DNA from: Acidimicrobiia bacterium
GTDB taxonomy: Bacteria > Actinomycetota > Acidimicrobiia > Spongiisociales > Spongiisociaceae
Assembly: GCA_963663955.1 (NCBI GenBank)
Contig: OY760694.1
Span: 3,215,251-3,279,250 of the forward strand
Direction of reading: 5' to 3'
DNA length: 64,000 bases
Under the pieces are notes generated by a model. It was not told the origin of the DNA and searched no databases. It was given only the letters and a program-made list of their open reading frames with translations. A program made the translations under genes and the position numbers. Numbering within the stretch: the first letter of the stretch is position 1; each line of letters begins with the position of its first letter. Below, piece by piece: positions 57,598 to 64,000 of the stretch.

Positions 57598-57830
57598 TAC
57601 ACCCGCTGGGCGTGGTACACCACCAGATCGCCTGTCCCCGGGTCATACTCCCCGAGTACTTCGATCGACAGCCCCAACGACGCGGATAGTCCCTCCCACG
57701 TGCAGTCCAGGGTTCCCCTGTCGGGTAGTTATAGGCTCGTCATAGATCGAGGCGTCGAGCGCACGCTGGATGTCTCTCTCAGACAGACCATGCTTGAACG
57801 CAGACCATTCGTACGTAACCACAGATGATC
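57598..57830 (-). pseudogene. small toxin-like ORF (BrnT/DUF4258-like guess) with a frameshift
   Basis: YEWSAFKHGLSERDIQRALDASIYDEP...GTIRVVG continues in another frame as LSIEVLGEYDPGTGDLVVYHAQRV. The shift is at the CCCC run at 57672-57675. Confidence 0.3.
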
Positions 57831-58335
57831 TGATGGTCCAGCATCCCGAGTTGGCGTCCGAGCATCCCGCAGTGGGGGATCGTTCCTCGCTTGTCGGGTG
57901 CCGAGTTGGTTGACTTTGGCTGTCACACAGGCCCTGTTGGGATACACATCCGAAGTCCGTTTCCAACATATGCTCATCTGAGGCCCTGGTTCCCCTACCT
58001 GCCCGCCCGGACGGCCTATAACAAGCGTCAACGACGCGGTGGCTTGATGATGCAACACATCATCAAGTGGCTCAGCCGGATCGCGAGCGCTCTACGTCGG
58101 GGAACTGAAGGGCCGCCGCTATCCATCGGAAGTTCGTGAACCCACTCGTCGATAGAGGATCCTTCTGCCAGGCAGTGGCGATAAAGAGGGTAGCAATGAA
58201 GGACCTTCTATAATATGGTATAGAATACTGCTGCTAAGTATTATAGAATGCTATTAGTTGCTTCGGACGGTCGGCGGTTCTGACACGGATCAAGTCACAG
58301 GCCGGTCCCGCTAGCAAGCTGGTACGATTGAGAGG

Positions 58336-58881
58336 GTGTTGATGGAGCAGATAATCATCGGCCTAGTCGGGCTCATCCTTGGCCTAGTCGGGCTCATCCT
58401 TACCGTGATACTGTTCCTGGAACGATCCCGGCGCGCCGACAACAAGGCGATACGGCACGAAATCGCCGCGGCGCGAGACGAACTCAAAGCCGAAATCGCC
58501 GCGGCGCGAAAAGACGCGAAGGCAGACAACGCAACGTTACGGCGAGAACTGAAGGAAGAAATGGCCCTCAGGTCCGCCCACACCGACCAACGCATCGACA
58601 ATTTCACCGCCGCCATACAAGAAGAAATGGCCCTCAGATCCGCCCACACCGACCGGCAAATCGAAACCCTCACCGCCGCCATACAAGAAGAAATGGCCCT
58701 CAGATCCGCCCACACCGACCAACGCATCGACAATTTCACCGCCGCCATACAAGAAGAGATGGCCCTCAGATCCGCCTCCACCGACCAACAAATCAAAAAC
58801 CTCACTGACGCCGTGTCCAAACTCGTCGAAACCGTCGGACAGGTAAAGGGCCGAACCGAAGTCCTCACCGCCGCCAACTAA
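58336..58881 (+). CDS. membrane-anchored coiled-coil repeat protein
   Basis: The N-terminal TM region contains a duplicated GLVGLIL. Four 22-aa repeats EEMALRSAHTDQRIDNFTAAIQ follow. Confidence 0.6.
   Translation: MLMEQIIIGLVGLILGLVGLILTVILFLERSRRADNKAIRHEIAAARDELKAEIAAARKDAKADNATLRRELKEEMALRSAHTDQRIDNFTAAIQEEMALRSAHTDRQIETLTAAIQEEMALRSAHTDQRIDNFTAAIQEEMALRSASTDQQIKNLTDAVSKLVETVGQVKGRTEVLTAAN
58555..58818 (+). repeat. 4 x 66-bp in-frame tandem repeat
   Basis: The units start at 58555, 58621, 58687 and 58753. Units 1 and 3 encode identical peptides. Confidence 0.85.
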
Positions 58882-59325
58882 ACCCGGCGTCGGCCGGCGA
58901 CCCAGAGAAGAACTCCGAAGGGTTCGAGCCGAACTCGTCGCGGTCGAACTGGAGTTGGCTAGTGACCAGAAAGCCACTGTCGATGCTCCCGTCGGCCACG
59001 TCGGCGAGTTCCTCCTCGTCCTCTTACAACTCGCTTGGGGGCCTTGTCGATCTCTGTAGCAGGTGGCGATGATCGTATGCGGTCGACCGCCAGCAATGTG
59101 GCGTGCTTTTCAATGGTGTGCTCACCGGTACCGAGGCACCCTTACAGCCTGCTCCTAGCCCCGCCACGATGCGGGAGCCGTGACTTGATCTGGACATGGC
59201 GGGTATCCGGACCTTCCAATGACATGTCCTCGAAACCCTCGGGTACCAGCGAATCAACAACAAAACGGCTTGTCGCGACATGCGCAGCCAGACAAGCCCC
59301 ACCGAGAACCCTCGGCAAGTCGTTA

Positions 59326-59528
59326 GCCCGATTATTCATGGATGGAGGCTTGGAGGATGAGCGGAGTAGACCATATTCGCGCCCTTACCAGGCAATACAG
59401 CTATCGATGTTTCCCTCCCTCTCCGGTGTGGAGATTCACCTGCAAGGGTGAACGATAGGTTTCTCCTGATACTCGTGTTGAACTGGCGTTACATGGCGCG
59501 GTGTGTGGGAAACCTGAATAATCAGGGC
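59326..59528 (+). mobile_element. ~203-bp MITE (type 2), copy 1, TA-flanked
   Basis: The terminal inverted repeats are GCCCGATTATTCATGG ... CCTGAATAATCAGGGC, with TA on both sides. Similarity to 63225-63428 is high along the full length. Confidence 0.6.
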
Positions 59529-59576
59529 TAGGACAAGGTCTCCGACCCGCGCGCCGACACGGCTAGGGTACGCGGC

Positions 59577-60632
59577 ATGGCGGCTGCTTCCGAAACTTGC
59601 TATCCGGCCGTAGTTGATCTCTTCTGTGGTGCAGGGGGGCTTTCTTACGGGTTGCAGAAAGCCGGCATGAACGTCGTAGCTGGAATCGACATCGACCCGG
59701 TCTGCCGTCATCCCTTCGAAGCGAACGTCGAAGCGCCGTTCCACGGACGGGACATCACTGAGGCGTCGGCGGAGTTTGTTGCGTCACTTTATCCCGATAC
59801 CGGCCCTCGGGTGCTTGCCGGCTGCGCGCCCTGTCAACCGTTCTCGTCCTACACCAGAGGTGGGGGCGCCGGCCTGGAGCGGTGGGGCCTGCTTGACAAG
59901 TTCGGCGCACTCGTCGCTGAACTCAAGCCGGAAGTGGTCACGATGGAAAATGTCCCTCGTCTGACCGGCCGCTCCGTGTTCCAGCGTTTCCTGTCGGTTC
60001 TGGGGGAGGCCGGTTACCAGTACACACACAGCGTCGTTCGATGCGCGGCGTACGGAGTCCCCCAGACGAGGTCGCGCTTGGTGCTCCTGGCTTCACAACT
60101 GGGGCGTATCGATCTGGCTGCTCCGACCCACCCGGATAGCGGATGGGTGACTGTGCGGGACACTATCGGTCATTTGGTTTCGTTACCGGCTGGCGGCGCC
60201 GACAAGTCTGATCCTCTGCACAAAGCGAGCGGACTCTCCGAGAAGAACCTCCGACGGATACGCGCGGCGAAGGCCGGCGGAACCTGGCGGGACTGGGACG
60301 AGGCGCTGCGGGCACCCTGCCATACCAGGACCAGCGGTCGCACCTACCCGGGTGTCTATGGGCGGATGGAGTGGGACCGTCCCGCTCCGACCATCACCAC
60401 CCAGTTCCATGGCTTTGGGAACGGACGTTTCGGCCATCCCGACCAGGATCGCGCTATTTCCCTTCGGGAGGGGGCACTGCTTCAGACCTTCCCGGCGGAT
60501 TACTCTTTCGTTCCTGAAGGGACAATCGTGAAGATAGGTCCTGTTGCCCGCCTTATCGGGAACGCTGTGCCGGCGAAGCTGGGCGAGGCGATCGGTAAGT
60601 CGATCGTGGATCACCTGAAGGAGAAGTCGTGA
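59577..60632 (+). CDS. dcm: DNA (cytosine-5)-methyltransferase
   Basis: Contains motif I DLFCGAGGLSYG, motif IV GCAPCQPFS, motif VI TMENV and motif VIII QTRSR. Confidence 0.9.
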   Translation: MAAASETCYPAVVDLFCGAGGLSYGLQKAGMNVVAGIDIDPVCRHPFEANVEAPFHGRDITEASAEFVASLYPDTGPRVLAGCAPCQPFSSYTRGGGAGLERWGLLDKFGALVAELKPEVVTMENVPRLTGRSVFQRFLSVLGEAGYQYTHSVVRCAAYGVPQTRSRLVLLASQLGRIDLAAPTHPDSGWVTVRDTIGHLVSLPAGGADKSDPLHKASGLSEKNLRRIRAAKAGGTWRDWDEALRAPCHTRTSGRTYPGVYGRMEWDRPAPTITTQFHGFGNGRFGHPDQDRAISLREGALLQTFPADYSFVPEGTIVKIGPVARLIGNAVPAKLGEAIGKSIVDHLKEKS

Positions 60633-62740
60633 GCGGAGACCACACATATCAGATGACCGTGAGCCTGAACGTGCTCCGGCATCTGGGTCTTGGGCTGTAC
60701 TCGAATGTGGCTGCCGTTCTTTCGGAGGTGGTTGCCAATTCATGGGACGCGGACGCGGAGCACGTTCGGATCTCCATTGATGCGTCTAGCGGCCGGGTCG
60801 TGATTGAGGACGACGGGCACGGAATGACGATTGCGGATGCCAATCAGAAGTACTTGCACGTCGGATACGAGCGGAGGAAGGTCGCACCCCGAACGCCGCG
60901 GTTCGACCGACCGGTCATGGGACGGAAGGGAATCGGGAAGTTGTCCCTCTTCTCAATTGCCCGAACGGTCCGCGTCGAGAGCGTTGCCGGTGGCGAGAAG
61001 CACGGTTTCGTCATGGACGCGGAGGATATTGAAACCGAGATACGGGACGGCGGGGAAGGGCGATACGAGCCTGATCCTGTTGCGAGCGCGGAGATTGACC
61101 TTGCTAGGAGGGTGCTGAGAAACCCCGTACAAAGGGGTTCACCCGCTAACCCATAACTCTCTGACCAGGCGCTTTACCAATCACCGAACCCCGAAAGGCT
61201 CGTTTTTCAGGACCCTCCTAGGGGCACTCGTATCACCCTCACGAACATGAAGCGGAAACTTCAGTGGACGGGTAAGGCGTTGAGGAGGCGCCTCGCCCGG
61301 CGGTTCAGCATCATAGGGGCAGAGCATCGCTTCGCGATCACCCTGGACGGAGAACCCATATCGGCGACCGACCGCTATTACCAGGACAAAGTCCAGTACA
61401 TCTGGACCTTCGGTGACATAGGCAACAGCGTGGCCGGCACGGCCGGCAACCTCGAGAGCCGGGAGGAACGCTCAGGAGCGTTGGAAGGGCATCCCGAGTG
61501 GGTGATCGACGGTTGGATCGGAACAGCTTCCATGGCGGGGCAACTCAAGGATACGGACACATTCGAGAGCATCAACAAGCTGGTAGTCCTCGTGCGCGGC
61601 AAGCTGGCCCAAGAGGATATTCTGGAAGAGTTTGGCGAGGGCGGTCTCTACACCAAGTACATGCTCGGCGAGATCCATGCCGACTTCCTTGATTTGGACG
61701 ACGCTGAGGATATCGCCACCACAAGTCGGCAGAAGCTTATTGAAGAGGACCCCCGCTACCAGGCCCTCAAGGCCAAGCTGAGGGATGAGTTGAAGCATGT
61801 GCAGGGTCGATGGACCAAGCTGCGCCGATCACAGGGGACGGAGCAGGCCGTCGTCTACCCCGGGATCCAGGAGTGGTTCACAGAACTGGACCCCGACCAG
61901 AAGGTCGCAGCCCGGCGGCTGTTCGGTCGAATCAACGAGTTGCCGATTGAAGACGAGTCCAACAAGCGGCAACTCGTCGTGAGCGGCGTCCTCGCTTTCG
62001 AGAGCCTCAAGCTGAGGAACATGCTCTACAGGCTTGATGAGATTTCCACGGAGAACCTTGACGTTCTGCAACAGGTGTTCGTCCAACTGGATGACCTGGA
62101 GGCCAGCGCCTACTACCAGATAGCGAAGGAACGCCTACGGATTATCCACAAGCTGACGGGCCTCGTGGACGAGAACGCTAAGGAGCGGGCGATGCAGGAG
62201 CATCTGTACAAGCACCTCTGGCTACTAGACCCTTCCTGGGAAAGAGCGACTCACACCGAGCACATGGAGAGAAAAATCACGACCGCACTCGACGAGGTGT
62301 GCCATACGCTGACCGAAGAGCAGAAACGGGCCCGGGTGGATGTCAAGTACAGCACCACGGGGAACAAACACGTCATCATCGAACTCAAACGCGCGCAGAA
62401 ACGCATCAGTACCACTGCCCTGAACGAGCAACTATCGAAATACTACACAGCTGCTGAGAAGATACTCGCAGCCGCCGGCCGCGGCAGCGAACCGGTGGAG
62501 ATAGTCGTTGTCGTCGGGCGACGGCTGAGTGATTGGGACGAGACCGATACGAGCGAGCAAAGGTCCCGAGAAATGCTTGCCGCGTCCCGAGCGAGGGTCG
62601 TAATGTACGACCAACTGATCGACAACGCCCTGCAGGCCTACCAAGACTACGTAGATAGCGCCGAGAAGGCAGGCCGGGTGTACAGGCTGGTTCAGAGGAT
62701 CTCGGAACAGGATGTAGACGCGCTCAGCCCGACCGCCTGA
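60629..62740 (+). pseudogene. GHKL (HATPase_c_3/MORC-like) ATPase with a C-terminal PD-(D/E)xK-like domain, interrupted by a MITE
   Basis: The GHKL motifs are EVVANSWDA, IEDDGHGM and GRKGIGKLS. ORFs 60629-61156 and 61247-62740 are in the same frame. Removing the 114 bp (MITE plus one CTAG) restores ...EIDLARGTRITLTNM.... The C-terminus has VDVKY...HVIIELKR. The GTGA start/stop overlaps dcm. Confidence 0.65.
61108..61217 (+). mobile_element. 110-bp MITE (type 1), copy B, flanked by a CTAG duplication
   Basis: CTAG occurs at 61104-61107 and 61218-61221. The terminal inverted repeats are GAGGGTGCTGAGAAAC / GTTTTTCAGGACCCTC. It carries an in-frame TAA at 61154-61156. Confidence 0.65.
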
Positions 62741-62782
62741 CGCCCCAACGGACGGGTGGTCGCACGCGAGACCGGCCCATTA

Positions 62783-62933
62783 GCCCCGATTATTCATGGA
62801 TGGGGGTTTGACAGATGAGTCGATTACGCCGTAATCACGCTCCTGACCAGGTAATACAGCTATCGGTGTTTCCCATCCCGGGCCGGTGTTGGAGGGTCAC
62901 CCGCGGGTGAAAGGTCGGTTTCACGCAATACCC
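62783..62933 (+). mobile_element. MITE type 2, copy 2, 3'-truncated
   Basis: It starts TA-GCCCCGATTATTCATGG and aligns with roughly the first 150 nt of the other copies. It then abuts a nuclease-gene fragment. Confidence 0.5.
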
Positions 62934-62935
62934 GG

Positions 62936-63190
62936 GTTCTGGACCTCTACGGAATCACGGGAGGAAAAACGGTCGCCGGCGAAGCCGGAACTAACCCGGC
63001 ATGGTTTCGACCGGGAGCAGCTAGAACGAGACCTTGAGCTGTCGGCTCTCCTCGCAGCAGACACCCATCTCGTAGTGTCCACCGGACGCGTATCCGAATC
63101 CACAGAAGAACAAGCGCGACAACTCGCAGCAGCCAGGGGCCTCGACCTTCTCGTTCTGGATGACGGTCAACCCGCCCGCTACAGGCTCAC
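62936..63190 (+). pseudogene. duplicated 3' fragment of the 54494-56694 gene
   Basis: DNA and peptide similarity to 56435-56690 (LDLYGITGG..VAGEA ... EQLERDLELSALLAADTHLVVSTGRVSESTEEQARQLAAARGLDLLVLD), with an internal frameshift. Confidence 0.6.
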
Positions 63191-63224
63191 CATCTCTTCG
63201 GCTAGCAGCGGTCGCCATTCACTA

Positions 63225-63428
63225 GCCCCGATTATTCATGGATGGGGGTTTGGAGGATGAGTGGAGAAGACCAGATTCGCGCCCTGACCAGGCAGTACAG
63301 CTATCGGCGTTTCCCGTTTCGGTCCGGTGTAGAGATTCACCTGTCGGGTGAACGGCGGGTTTCTCCTGATACTCGGATTGAACAGGCGTTACATGCCTCG
63401 GTGTGTGGGAAACCTGAATAATCAGGGC
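63225..63428 (+). mobile_element. MITE type 2, copy 3, TA-flanked
   Basis: It has the same terminal inverted repeats as copy 1, with TA at 63223-63224 and 63429-63430. Confidence 0.6.
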
Positions 63429-63445
63429 TAGCGTCGGGGGCTGGA

Positions 63446-64000
63446 CTACAAGGTACTCGTCCTGCGGTGTATTTGTCCTTCGATGCCTCGCCCCGTGTAT
63501 TGGCATGAGCCAGTCCAACTGGGTGCGTGGTATTGTTCGCGGGCGTTTATGATCCTCTTCTGGCCCGTCATTGCCCAGACAAGACCCAGGCCGTCGCGGT
63601 CTAGATAATCAGTCAGCACGTCCTCCCGGATGAGAAGTGCCGATGGCCCCGGCTCATGTGCGGTTGGATCAAACGCCGCCGGCCTTCCTTGATCATCAAC
63701 GAAATCGGCGCCATGACCAGACCATTTCAAACCCATTGCTTCGATAACTGACGGATGTGGTAGGTAGACATTTTGGAGATCATCCACCGAGCAATCGTAT
63801 TCGCCCCCGCTCGTGCTGTACTCGAAGGCTGCAACTTGGACCGGTGTGGAACATGTGACGTCATCGGAGGGGATAATGAAGTCGAGTTCAGTTCCGTGTG
63901 AGTCAGTGAAGGCTGGTCCCCACCCGTGTTCACCTACGTATAGAGCTTCGCCACTGGGCGGTTCCGGCATCCACCGATTCCAGAAGTCCACGCCATTGGA
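63446..64000 (-). CDS. hypothetical protein, possibly continuing beyond the window end
   Basis: The track ORF is 63446-63991, but the frame is still open upstream to position 64000. No motif was recognised. A decayed homologue lies at 57063-57303. Confidence 0.45.
   Translation of the reverse strand, partial: SNGVDFWNRWMPEPPSGEALYVGEHGWGPAFTDSHGTELDFIIPSDDVTCSTPVQVAAFEYSTSGGEYDCSVDDLQNVYLPHPSVIEAMGLKWSGHGADFVDDQGRPAAFDPTAHEPGPSALLIREDVLTDYLDRDGLGLVWAMTGQKRIINAREQYHAPSWTGSCQYTGRGIEGQIHRRTSTL

Noticed and set aside
58555-58818. Regular tandem repeats that might be mistaken for a CRISPR array. The same applies to 31401-31664.
   Set aside because: The units are contiguous with no spacers, in frame, and encode repeated peptide modules inside ORFs.

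Overview
This is a high-GC, probably actinobacterial window. That taxon call is an inference from codon bias and gene content. No rRNA, tRNA or CRISPR array was recognised by eye.

Positions 1-15.4 kb look like ordinary chromosome:
- an M16 peptidase and a small SLH protein;
- an Ldh_2-family dehydrogenase, D-aminoacylase, a second amidohydrolase, a VOC protein and an LLM oxidoreductase;
- a Fic protein, Nnr and a PRTase.

This block ends with two tandem thioredoxin-fold (TlpA-like) genes. Each carries an in-frame UGA exactly at the first Cys position of the CxxC motif, which makes them candidate U-x-x-C selenoproteins. One is fused to SLH cell-wall-anchor repeats.

From about 15.4 kb to the window end lies a mosaic accessory island. 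It contains:
- two near-identical IS5-family copies in inverted orientation, bracketing 21.3 kb;
- a Gabija-like OLD-nuclease/UvrD-helicase pair;
- an orphan ABC-like ATPase;
- three diverged copies plus two decayed fragments of a compact two-gene module, an ATPase of about 360-375 aa followed by a small TOPRIM-like protein of about 205 aa;
- a Dcm methyltransferase coupled to a GHKL-ATPase/PD-(D/E)xK protein that is split by a 110-bp MITE;
- a large Zn-ribbon/PD-(D/E)xK gene broken into three frames;
- toxin-antitoxin and IS21/IS630 debris, and two MITE families.

Interleaved with these are five divergent paralogues of a roughly 700-aa SLH + Ig-like surface protein, all on the minus strand, plus a PD40/TolB-like repeat protein and an OafA-type acyltransferase.

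Coordinates of features absent from the ORF track were counted by hand and may be off by a few nt. All family assignments rest on motifs read in the translations, not on database searches.
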